Origin: an uncultured Fibrobacterota bacterium
GTDB lineage: Bacteria; Fibrobacterota; Chitinivibrionia; Chitinivibrionales; CAYFVL01
Length of the DNA stretch: 64,000 nucleotides
Direction of reading: 5' to 3'
Assembly: GCA_964419255.1 (NCBI GenBank)
Contig: CAYQOU010000013.1
Location: 3,684-67,683, forward strand
Shown: piece after piece, positions 55,695 through 64,000 of the stretch
Numbering within the stretch: position 1 is the stretch's first letter
Layout of the letters: every line of letters begins with the position of its first letter
The notes under the pieces: generated by a model
What the model saw: only the letters and a program-made list of their open reading frames with translations
Told to the model about the DNA's origin: nothing
Database searches by the model: none
Position numbers and translations under genes: made by a program

Positions 55695-57303
55695 CGTTTT
55701 CCTCTGTTTGTAGCGCACCATCGTGCAGTTTGAAGACTTTGTTTGTGACCGGTTGTTTGATACTTCTGTGTCCCTTTTCGTAAAGGTTTATCTCAGCTCC
55801 CGGATATGCCGTACCATATACCTTCACATATCCATCATAGGTAGACGGCTTCTCCAGAAGGGATTTGATTTCATCTGTTTTCTTATCGATGTATTTGATC
55901 TTTCTTGAAAAATCATTATACTTCTCGATGACCTTTTTCATTTCATCGCGATGTTTGCCGGTCACCGCACTGCCGGCCTTCCGTAGTATGGCCGTCTTTG
56001 CCTTCAGATCCCGGGATACCGGTGTCATTTGCTCCTGTAGCTTTTCTTTCAGACTCTGCAGTTCGGCTATTTTCTTTTCCGCCGCTATCTTTATCTTGTT
56101 GACAATGCAAACTTTTGTGGGTATACAGGTTGCATTGCTGATGGTGCCGGCTTTTATCGTTTTGAACGCTTTCAATGAACCGCCCACCACACTGCCGTTG
56201 TGGGTAGTTGTTTCGAAAGATTCACACATGCAGTCGCAGTGAAGAATGTATTTCTGAACAGTCAGAATGCCATCGGTTTTCAGATTAGCCTCCTGCGCAA
56301 ATTCAATGCATACTCCGTTTTTCCCATAAACGTATGTGTCTTCTTTTCCGATGACTCCACTTTCGATGGTTACAACTCCATTACGTGAGATGATCCGTGC
56401 GCTTTCGACTTCTCCTGCAATATGTATGTCTCCCTCCGTTTCGATGGAAAATCCCGGCATCACGCTGCCCTCAACCAAAACATTGCCTGTATACTTGATA
56501 TTGCCCACACTGTAGTCGACATCACCGTTTACTTTCAACAGCTCTTCGACATGAACAACACCGCCTTCCCGGTACACTATCCCGGTTTTACAGGCAATAA
56601 GTGAGGTGCCATCTTCACTGATCATGGTATTTTTCCCCTGTGGCAGGGCGACATCGTTTCCTCCAGGAGCATCAATCTGCTCACCCATAACTGTCATACC
56701 GGCTTTGCCCGCACCGGGCGGGATTCTTCTTGCAATAATATCCCCGTCCTTAACCGCGGCAAAAGTCTGAATCTCTCGGTAGTTAACCTTACCTCCATGA
56801 GATCTTTGCGGCCGCACATCCGGATCAATCTCAACCTCATATTCGATTTTACCATTCACACCCGGCTGTGGGTTTCGCCCCTCAGCGATCTCGATATCTT
56901 TCCCATACACAGGATTTTTAATGAATTCATCCAGAACATCATTTTTGACGCCAAATCTTATCCCCCGCCGGCGCAGGCAGCAGAGAATACCCGAGATGGT
57001 CAGGTCTACCGATTTTTTGTCGATTTCAGCATCAACCCGCATCGATGCAGAAAGGGGGTTAATAGTAACCTCAATATAATTTTCAATCTGTGGATTGTAA
57101 TACTCAAAAGGAGGAGAAACTCTCTCGAAACCGCCTCTCGCCCGCTCAACCACTTCCTTTATGTGCGAAAGATCGTAATTGATAACATTTGCTGCCTTAA
57201 GCGCCTTGTCTATCTGAACGATATCGATCTTTTTTCGCTGATCGCGTGTCACTTTAACGTAAACGCCGTCTTCTCTTTCTTCTACAGGTATTATGTTTGC
57301 CAT
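55684..57303 (-). CDS. DUF342 / FapA-family protein
   Basis: The N-terminus is GVYVKVT.... The central beta-helix-like repeats are GNIKYTGNVLVEGSVMPGFSIETEGDIHIAGEVESARIISRNGVVTIESGVIGK. The C-terminal coiled coil is typical of DUF342. I prefer the ATG at 57303 (MANIIPVEE). Confidence 0.65.
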   Translation of the reverse strand: MANIIPVEEREDGVYVKVTRDQRKKIDIVQIDKALKAANVINYDLSHIKEVVERARGGFERVSPPFEYYNPQIENYIEVTINPLSASMRVDAEIDKKSVDLTISGILCCLRRRGIRFGVKNDVLDEFIKNPVYGKDIEIAEGRNPQPGVNGKIEYEVEIDPDVRPQRSHGGKVNYREIQTFAAVKDGDIIARRIPPGAGKAGMTVMGEQIDAPGGNDVALPQGKNTMISEDGTSLIACKTGIVYREGGVVHVEELLKVNGDVDYSVGNIKYTGNVLVEGSVMPGFSIETEGDIHIAGEVESARIISRNGVVTIESGVIGKEDTYVYGKNGVCIEFAQEANLKTDGILTVQKYILHCDCMCESFETTTHNGSVVGGSLKAFKTIKAGTISNATCIPTKVCIVNKIKIAAEKKIAELQSLKEKLQEQMTPVSRDLKAKTAILRKAGSAVTGKHRDEMKKVIEKYNDFSRKIKYIDKKTDEIKSLLEKPSTYDGYVKVYGTAYPGAEINLYEKGHRSIKQPVTNKVFKLHDGALQTEENDGV

Positions 57304-57443
57304 TGGATTGCTCACCAAAAACCTCTTTCTCTGAAGCTCTACGCCTTTTCGCAAGGCGAAAACACCTTTGTGGTGAACTATAGTAGACGCTTACTACAGT
57401 GTACCATAGCAGAGTCAAGGATGCAACAGGCTGATAAGGCGCT

Positions 57444-57507
57444 CATAATCCTAAGTAGCAGTTATTTCGCGGTGATTATCATAATCCTTTGATAACCAAG
57501 GGATTAT
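57444..57507. promoter_or_regulatory. Cluster of ATAATC/GATTAT half-sites upstream of the DUF342 gene (possible operator)
   Basis: The sites are CATAATCC (57444-51), the perfect palindrome GATTAT-C-ATAATC (57474-86) and GGGATTAT (57500-07). The segments at 57481-87 and 57501-07 can also form a 7-bp hairpin. Confidence 0.25.
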
Positions 57508-57625
57508 ACGACTCTTCCACTCAAAACCTCTTACCGGTAAAAAATATTCTCTTACCATTTTGGATCGTGTGCAGATAAACCACAAGCAGAAAGTCATCTG
57601 GGCGGGCTTAAGTGTGAAGAGCACA

Positions 57626-58693
57626 TCATACGTTGGCATGCTTCTCTATAAAGCGGGCACAATCCTTTCCCCCATGAGCATCATATCGTTGGGGCCTTTT
57701 ACGCCCCACCACATCCTGCAGCTCTCGATGCCAGTCCAGACTGTAGAACCGCTCTCGGCAAAGCCGATAGGCTGCCCCGCGGAGCTGGATTGCATTTTCC
57801 AGAACCGAATGTTCGGCGAAGTCTGTTCGAGGTACATACAGAAGGGGTACTCCATGTACCAGACATTCCCCAAACAGTCCGTATCCGATTTTTCCGATGA
57901 CAAGATCCACCGAAGCCGAAAGGTCCTGAAAGGGAAAAATCTGTTTAGATACCAGATGGTAATTCATTGGTGCCGGATCGAACGGATATACGCCCAGAAA
58001 GGCCCACTGCTCAAACTGCTCCAGCCCCTTCCAGTCGATGCTGTCCATGCCGTAGTTTCCGGCATAGATCATGGCAAGCTTTTTGTCCGGTGGGATGCCG
58101 AAATGAGCCCGTATGTGCTTTTGTCTTTCTCTTCCTGTGCGAGCTACCAGGGAAACGGGGTGCCTGCGGCTAAAACAGCTCATCTCGTTTGATGGTTGAA
58201 GGCAAAGAAGGTAGTCGGCATAGTGGTATTGCGCACACATTTGCTCAAGATATGGCCTGAACCAGGGATAGTCTAGAGTATAGGGCTTGTAGATATCCGC
58301 CCAGGAGAAATTGCCTACTCCAAACGAAGGCACATTCGCCCGATGAGCCATCTCGAAGGCAAAGGGGGTTATATCACTGACAATAACATCCACTCTTTTC
58401 TGCCGTATAAAATCGACCTCATTGCCTGCTATCTTTCGGTTACGTTCTGCAAAGGCAGCATACTTAATGAGTGTTTCTTCAATATCCACCGTCACGCCAT
58501 CCTTCTGAACGCATCCGCAATCGAACCCCGCCTCGGTATAGCGAAACGGGCGTTTGAGTTCTTCGGAGAAAAATTGGGCAGGCAGTGAACTTCTAATCGT
58601 CAGGGTGACCGATTCGGAAAACTCATTGCAAATAACACAGCTTCGTACCCCGTGTCCGAAACCATGGCCGGTAATATAATAGAGAACATGCAT
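57626..58693 (-). CDS. GT-B glycosyltransferase (MurG-like / MJ1255-like family)
   Basis: 355-aa ORF. It has the N-terminal glycine-rich motif YYITGHGFGHGVRS and the C-terminal VIGKIGYGLFGECLVHGVPLLYVPR. The acceptor is unknown. Confidence 0.55.
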   Translation of the reverse strand: MHVLYYITGHGFGHGVRSCVICNEFSESVTLTIRSSLPAQFFSEELKRPFRYTEAGFDCGCVQKDGVTVDIEETLIKYAAFAERNRKIAGNEVDFIRQKRVDVIVSDITPFAFEMAHRANVPSFGVGNFSWADIYKPYTLDYPWFRPYLEQMCAQYHYADYLLCLQPSNEMSCFSRRHPVSLVARTGRERQKHIRAHFGIPPDKKLAMIYAGNYGMDSIDWKGLEQFEQWAFLGVYPFDPAPMNYHLVSKQIFPFQDLSASVDLVIGKIGYGLFGECLVHGVPLLYVPRTDFAEHSVLENAIQLRGAAYRLCRERFYSLDWHRELQDVVGRKRPQRYDAHGGKDCARFIEKHANV

Positions 58694-59456
58694 AGGCTTT
58701 TATCGTAATGATACAGTATCTGAAAAAAAAGGGGTTCCGTTCGGCTAACTAACAGAAGATTCATATCGTTACATTCGTGCCATCCACTCGGAGCCGCTCA
58801 GTCAGTTTAAAAATATCATTCGGACCTGTCCGGAACCATCTCCTGTCCGGCAGAACAGGAATATCAAGGATCAAAGATCAAGGGGTCAGGATAGAACACC
58901 AAAACACTTTAGGGGTTAAAAAGCCTCAGCTTTCCTTCTCCTCTCTTACTTGCGATCTCTCGTTGCCCGCGCAAAAGCAGAAATACGGGATAGGAGAACA
59001 GCATATGGAGCACAGGGTACCAAACAGAAGCTGATTCATATTCTGTGTGTGCACCTCAATACTTCTTTCGGCAACAATAAAACGGACGAATACGCAAAAT
59101 AACAGGATATTAATCCCGGTGAAAAAGCAAATGACTGGCTGGGGCAATGAGAGAAGAAAAAGCCTCGGCGACAGTATAGACACACACGGTGCCAATAACA
59201 TATTTTAAAGGCCTTTTTATACAGGGCGTATAACAAGAAAATTATTCAACAACAGGGTGTTTTGGGAATTTATATGCGGTTACGCGCGTTTTATAACCAT
59301 CCAATTATATCTGAATTGAGCGATTCTCTCTCGACTCATCGGCTTAGAGCCTCTTAATTCAGGTTTTAGTTTCACCTGGTTTGTGCATCTCCATTTTAAA
59401 TACGAAATTTACCAGATTTTTTTTTCATTTATAACAAAGCAGAGGGTTTAATCTGT

Positions 59457-61535
59457 ATGGCCAAAGACTTGACCAAGCTTCGCAACATAGGGATCAGCGC
59501 TCATATCGATTCGGGTAAGACCACTCTTACCGAGCGTATTCTTTTCTATTCGAAGCGAATACATGCAATCCACGAAGTGCGTGGGAAAGACGGTGTAGGT
59601 GCGACCATGGATTCCATGGAGCTTGAGCGCGAAAGGGGTATCACCATCGCCTCTGCTGCGACAAACGTTACCTGGAAGGACCATCCTATCAATATTATCG
59701 ATACCCCCGGGCACGTAGACTTTACCATCGAAGTGGAACGGGCTCTTCGTGTTCTTGACGGGGCGGTACTTGTGCTCTGTTCTGTGGGAGGTGTTCAATC
59801 CCAGTCGATCACTGTCGATCGTCAGCTCAAAAGGTACAATGTCCCGCGCCTGGCATTTATTAACAAATGCGACCGTACCGGCGCCGATCCTTTCAAGGTA
59901 ACCAATCAGCTCAGAGAGAAACTGGGCCACAATGCCGTCATGGTGCAGATTCCTATTGGGCTGGAGGACAGGCTGGAGGGAGTTGTGGACCTAGTCACCA
60001 TGAAAGCGCTCTATTTTGACGGGCCAAGCGGTGATGAGATTCGCACCGAAGAGATTCCGGCGAATCTGGCCGATGAGGCGGCATCCAGACGCGAAGAGCT
60101 TCTGGATGTAATCTCCATGTACGACGATGAGCTGATGGAGGCGATGCTTGAGGGTGATGTTACAGAAGAGCAGATACATAATGCCGTTCGCAAAGGCACA
60201 TTATCGCTTGACATTACGCCTGTTTTCTGCGGATCTGCATACAAAAACAAAGGCGTACAGCCGCTTATGGATGCGGTTTTGGCATATCTTCCCTCCCCGA
60301 TGGATGTCGACAACCATGCACTGGATCTTGACAAAGAAGAGGCAACTGTTCCCCTGGTCAGCGATGACAATAAACCTACGGTCGCACTCGCCTTTAAGCT
60401 GGAAGATACCCAGTATGGGCAGCTGACCTACATCCGTATCTACCAGGGCAGTGTTAAAAAGGGTGCGGAGCTTTATAACAGTCGTTCCGGAAAGAAATTC
60501 AAAGTCGGACGCCTGATCCGGATGCATGCAAGTTCGATGGAAGATATCACCGAGGCGGGCAGTGGTGATATCGTGGCGCTGTTTGGAATCGACTGCGCCT
60601 CCGGTGATACTTTCACAACTCCCGGAAACAACTATTCGATGAGCACCATGCATGTGCCGGAGCCGGTTATATCCCTGGCGATCAAGCCCAAGGACAACAA
60701 GGCAAGCGATAACATGTCCAAGGCTCTCAACAGGTTCACCAAGGAAGATCCCACATTTCAGACCTACCTGGATCCGGAGAGTAACCAGACCATTATAAAG
60801 GGTATGGGTGAGCTTCACCTGGATGTCTATATCGAGCGGATGCGCCGCGAGTACAAGGTCGATGTAGAGACCGGAGCACCACAGGTGGCCTATCGTGAGA
60901 CGATCAGTCAGCCGGTTGAATTTAACTATACCCATAAGAAGCAGACTGGTGGTGCGGGTCAGTACGGTCGTGTTGCCGGAATTCTGGAGCCAAACACCGA
61001 ATCTGATTATGAATTTATCGATGAGATCAAGGGTGGTGTTATCCCCAATGAATATGTGCCGTCCGTAGATAAGGGTATTCGTGCCTGTCTGAGTAAGGGT
61101 TCGCTGATCGGCTTTCCTATTGTGGGCGTGAAGGTGACGATCAATGACGGTAACTATCACCCTGTCGACTCATCCGACCAGGCGTTTCAGGCGGCAGGTA
61201 TCGGTGCATTCCGCGAGGCCTATTCCAAGGCAAAACCGCAGATTCTGGAGCCGGTGATGCGTGTTTCGGTGGAAGGACCGGCGGAATTTCAGGGAAATAT
61301 CCTCGCCAGTCTCAATCAGCGACGTGGTATGATTGTGGCTACAACGGAAGATAACCTGTTTGTGCGGGTAGAGGCCGATGTGCCGCTGAGCGAGATGTTT
61401 GGATACTCCACACTCATACGGTCGCTGACCCAGGGTAAGGCCGAATTTACCATGGAGTTTTCGAAATATGACCGTGTGCCGACAAATGTAGCCGAACAGC
61501 TAAAAAAAGAGTATCAGGAAAAGAAAAAAGGTTAA
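59457..61535 (+). CDS. fusA: Elongation factor G (sequence resembles the mitochondrial EF-G1 / spd-type subfamily)
   Basis: 692-aa ORF with the G1-G4 motifs [17 protein letters not shown] and NKCD, followed by domains II-V. The motif [23 protein letters not shown] is unusual. The gene is not flanked by rpsL, rpsG or tuf. Confidence 0.9.
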   Translation: MAKDLTKLRNIGISAHIDSGKTTLTERILFYSKRIHAIHEVRGKDGVGATMDSMELERERGITIASAATNVTWKDHPINIIDTPGHVDFTIEVERALRVLDGAVLVLCSVGGVQSQSITVDRQLKRYNVPRLAFINKCDRTGADPFKVTNQLREKLGHNAVMVQIPIGLEDRLEGVVDLVTMKALYFDGPSGDEIRTEEIPANLADEAASRREELLDVISMYDDELMEAMLEGDVTEEQIHNAVRKGTLSLDITPVFCGSAYKNKGVQPLMDAVLAYLPSPMDVDNHALDLDKEEATVPLVSDDNKPTVALAFKLEDTQYGQLTYIRIYQGSVKKGAELYNSRSGKKFKVGRLIRMHASSMEDITEAGSGDIVALFGIDCASGDTFTTPGNNYSMSTMHVPEPVISLAIKPKDNKASDNMSKALNRFTKEDPTFQTYLDPESNQTIIKGMGELHLDVYIERMRREYKVDVETGAPQVAYRETISQPVEFNYTHKKQTGGAGQYGRVAGILEPNTESDYEFIDEIKGGVIPNEYVPSVDKGIRACLSKGSLIGFPIVGVKVTINDGNYHPVDSSDQAFQAAGIGAFREAYSKAKPQILEPVMRVSVEGPAEFQGNILASLNQRRGMIVATTEDNLFVRVEADVPLSEMFGYSTLIRSLTQGKAEFTMEFSKYDRVPTNVAEQLKKEYQEKKKG

Positions 61536-61561
61536 ATTTATAGGTGAGGAAGCTTGAGATG

Positions 61562-61599
61562 GGAAAAGCACTGATAGGTTTTCCGGTGCTTTTTCCTTT
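61562..61599 (+). terminator. Rho-independent terminator after fusA
   Basis: The stem is GAAAAGCAC (61563-71) paired with GTGCTTTTTC (61586-95), in a T-rich context. Confidence 0.6.
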
Positions 61600-61652
61600 G
61601 GCTCCGTTTCACTATATAGCCGCGAACAGGCTCTAGAAAGGAGTTTTCCCGC

Positions 61653-62360
61653 ATGTTGAAACAGGAATTAATTCTCCGCAGTCCTCTGCGTATATTGGAA
61701 AATTCGACTCACGGTGGAGTCGGAAAAGGCAACATCGGTATAATGGCAGCGCGCAAGGGAGTGGGTAAAACCGCAGCACTGGTGCATATCGCCACCGATC
61801 AGCTTATGCAGGATAAACACATTATACACGTATCTTTCTCCGATACGACCGATCATATAATCGCCTGGTATGAGGATATTTTCAAAGAATTGGCCAGACG
61901 TAACAATCTTGATGGCGCGATGCAGATCCATGATAGTATAATCAAAAACAGGGTGATCATGAATTTCACTCAGGACGGCATACACATTACCGAGATCGAG
62001 AAGAGTCTTCGCACGCTGGTGAACGAGGGACATTTTTCCGCCGATACCATTGTTATCGACGGATACGATTTTTCCAGAAGCAGTGCCGAGGAATTACGCG
62101 AGTTTAAGTCGTTTGCAGAAGATCTCGGGTTACAGATCTGGTTTACCGCGACGCTACAGAAGGAAAATCCGGATTTTGATCCGACAAAAGTCCCGGAGAG
62201 TATCTCTCATGTTGCGGATGAAGCCACTATAATCATATGCCTTAAAGCCGAAAAGGATCATATACGGTTGAATCTGGTTAAGGACCACGATGCGACACCC
62301 GACCCGGACTTGCATCTCAAGCTGGATCCCCAGATTCTTCTTATTGCAGAAGATAAATAA
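61653..62360 (+). CDS. Stand-alone RecA-fold P-loop protein (DnaB C-terminal / KaiC-like)
   Basis: 235-aa ORF. Walker A is IMAARKGVGKTAALVHIA and the Walker B-like motif is TIVIDGYD. AAAGGAG lies upstream. Confidence 0.5.
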   Translation: MLKQELILRSPLRILENSTHGGVGKGNIGIMAARKGVGKTAALVHIATDQLMQDKHIIHVSFSDTTDHIIAWYEDIFKELARRNNLDGAMQIHDSIIKNRVIMNFTQDGIHITEIEKSLRTLVNEGHFSADTIVIDGYDFSRSSAEELREFKSFAEDLGLQIWFTATLQKENPDFDPTKVPESISHVADEATIIICLKAEKDHIRLNLVKDHDATPDPDLHLKLDPQILLIAEDK

Positions 62361-62375
62361 GTAAACTCTAGGGTT

Positions 62376-63152
62376 TTGCCTGTGTATAGTTGGGGTTTCC
62401 GCAGAACAATCAGCCTGATTATCGTCTTTTTTCTGCATGCGGTAGATGCTGAGGAGAGCAGAGAGCTGGAGCCTCGATCTAAATACAATATCCCGCTGGT
62501 TAAGCTAAAGCTGGCGATGGATGACAGGAACGAAAAGGTTGAACATGTGCGTATTCCTATAGATGGATACAAGGAATACGCACTTATCGCCTACCACAAC
62601 GACACCTACGTTCACTACAAACGCAATAAGATCAATAAGATAGTGTACGCCGAGACTCCCGAGCGGGCGTATATGCTTTCCAAATTCGAAGCCAGGCAAC
62701 TCTCCAACGTCGTTCAGTCGTTTATCCGAACATTGGAGATATTCAACAACGATCTGAAGAAGGAACGCTGGGATCGCTGTCTCTATCTGGATGCATTCTT
62801 TCCACGCTTTCTCTCGTCCTTCTATTTCCTTGTCTGTGCCGCACGAGCCTCCTCGGAGGGTTTTCCCGCTATCGGACGAATTCCCGAAGACAAGTATGAT
62901 GTGTCGCTGCGTTCGGAAAAATCCGACAGGCGTATCCAGCAGTGGCGATCGCAGAAAGATTACATTATTAAGCTGCGAATAATCACCAAGGAGTTGATCT
63001 ACCAGCTAAAAAGTTGGGATCAAAAGGAGTTGAAGAAAAAAGATGGCGCAATGCGTCACCGGAAAGTGGAAAAAGCCTTCGAGCTGTTCGTTCGCGTCTA
63101 TTTCAACCTCAAACCCACCGCGGGTGTTCCCGAGGACGGTGAGCATCTGTAG
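62376..63152 (+). CDS. Hypothetical protein, possibly secreted
   Basis: 258-aa ORF with a TTG start and no clear SD. The N-terminus RRTISLIIVFFLHAVDA is signal-like and the rest is helical. I recognise no family. The start is uncertain. Confidence 0.4.
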   Translation: MPVYSWGFRRTISLIIVFFLHAVDAEESRELEPRSKYNIPLVKLKLAMDDRNEKVEHVRIPIDGYKEYALIAYHNDTYVHYKRNKINKIVYAETPERAYMLSKFEARQLSNVVQSFIRTLEIFNNDLKKERWDRCLYLDAFFPRFLSSFYFLVCAARASSEGFPAIGRIPEDKYDVSLRSEKSDRRIQQWRSQKDYIIKLRIITKELIYQLKSWDQKELKKKDGAMRHRKVEKAFELFVRVYFNLKPTAGVPEDGEHL

Positions 63153-63291
63153 GCGCATGACATATGTATTTCAGCTGCGCATAACTCATCTCCCGGCCCC
63201 TGAACGGTTGTCCCCCTCCGGTCGTAAAGATATATTTATTTAGGCAGCTAATGCGGAGCCGGTGATTTACACATTTTATCTGCGGAAAATT

Positions 63292-64000
63292 ATGCGCTTA
63301 ATCGGATACCTGCACCGAATACTGAAACGATTTTTCCACTCCGGTGGCCCGCTGATCGCCAAGGGAATTGCCTATTCGATAATCGTGGGCTCGGTTCCGC
63401 TCCTTTTTCTAGCCCTATACAGCAGCACTTATTTTTTTGCCGTTGCCCCTCCCCTTCAGATGACTTTGGAAATCCGGTTGGATGAGATTTTCCCCGAGGA
63501 GCTGGCGGATGCTATCCTTACTCAGGCGGCCCGGCTTGCCGCATTCAGCTGGGCCGAGATCGGTATCGTTGGTATCGCCGGTCTGTTGCTTGTCTCTCAG
63601 GGTATATTCAGCAGCCTGGAAAGAGGGCTTTCCATCGTCATGTACAATAGACGAAGGCGCAGTATGTGGGCAAACAGGTTGATTTATACCATATTAACGA
63701 TTTTTGCAATCACCCTTTTCTTTGCCGCAACCTATGCCCATACCTATCTCAAAATCTATTATGGGGCGCTGGGTATACCGCCAGGATACCACTTTCTTGC
63801 CCGAAAAACCAGTTCGATTATCCTTATCTGGCTGGCACTCGTAGTCATCTACCGGATCTGTTACAGCAACAAGATAAACTATCTGGCTCTGGTTCTGGTC
63901 TCTCTTGCGGTGGCAATCATGTGGCAGCTCATAAACATCGCCGGCTCATCCCTGATCACCGCCTCCGGCCAGCGGGAAATCATCTACGGCATGCTTGCGA
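63292..64000 (+). CDS. YihY/BrkB-family membrane protein; partial, runs off the window end
   Basis: My own translation from ATG 63292 (MRLIGYLHRILKRFFHSGGPLIAKGIAYSIIVGSVPLLFLALY...) stays open to the window end (236 codons). Its multiple TM segments and the N-terminal motif are typical of YihY. It is absent from the track because no stop lies in the window. Confidence 0.65.
   Translation, partial: MRLIGYLHRILKRFFHSGGPLIAKGIAYSIIVGSVPLLFLALYSSTYFFAVAPPLQMTLEIRLDEIFPEELADAILTQAARLAAFSWAEIGIVGIAGLLLVSQGIFSSLERGLSIVMYNRRRRSMWANRLIYTILTIFAITLFFAATYAHTYLKIYYGALGIPPGYHFLARKTSSIILIWLALVVIYRICYSNKINYLALVLVSLAVAIMWQLINIAGSSLITASGQREIIYGMLA

Noticed and set aside
58694-59456. 760-nt gap upstream of fusA with ORFs 58777-59034 +, 58926-59201 - (hydrophobic, 91 aa) and 59036-59236 -; also examined for tmRNA, RNase P, SRP and 6S RNA
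   Set aside because: The ORFs overlap one another and lack an SD. I could not recognise conserved cores of the common housekeeping RNAs. The region remains unexplained and would merit an Rfam scan and RNA-seq.
59448-61160. Antisense ORFs opposite fusA (160, 119 and 319 aa)
   Set aside because: EF-G on the plus strand is unambiguous. The antisense translations have no motifs.
1-64000. Search for CRISPR arrays, tRNA/rRNA genes, IS elements, integrases, prophage genes, and toxin-antitoxin or known defence-system genes
   Set aside because: I found no regularly spaced direct repeats, no T-loop-like GGTTCGAATCC motifs, and no transposase-, integrase-, RT-, nuclease- or helicase-like ORFs. Absence by eye is not proof, and tRNAscan and Infernal would settle the RNA part.

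Overview
This 64-kb window looks chromosomal. I recognised no rRNA, tRNA, CRISPR array, IS element, integrase or phage gene. One protein ends in a T9SS-type C-terminal sorting domain, so the source is probably an FCB-group or Fibrobacteres-like Gram-negative bacterium; that is inference only. I support about 55 protein genes. From left to right they are: a truncated LacI-type sugar-binding signalling protein without an HTH; Nudix and FAD-oxidase genes; a namZ-murU-amgK MurNAc-recycling operon; rpsU; a tightly packed four-gene operon (beta-helix/beta-barrel OMP, secreted GATase1-like protein, UMF1 MFS transporter, TrmH); ybeY and corC; etfB plus a ferredoxin-fused etfA abutting hisG; a roughly 21-kb Wzx/Wzy-type exopolysaccharide locus (20.8-42.1 kb); leuA behind a Leu-rich leader ORF and terminator; an ablA / ABC importer / ablB cluster; a RelA/SpoT-synthetase-TPR fusion convergent with rnk; a GNAT remnant; a PL14-like lyase; selD; a DUF342/FapA gene coupled to a double-STAS gene; a mitochondrial-type EF-G; a DnaB-C-like P-loop protein; and a truncated YihY/BrkB gene. 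The least explained parts are listed here. (1) The EPS initiation module: a WecA-family priming transferase fused to a receiver-like domain, followed by a second, membrane-anchored, degenerate receiver. (2) Two paralogous secreted jelly-roll proteins inside the EPS locus, one of them T9SS-targeted. (3) The OMP/GATase1-like/MFS operon. (4) The importer embedded between ablA and ablB. (5) The synthetase-TPR fusion. (6) The candidate leucine attenuator. I cannot show that any of these is a new system. All domain calls come from reading motifs by eye, and no database search was run.
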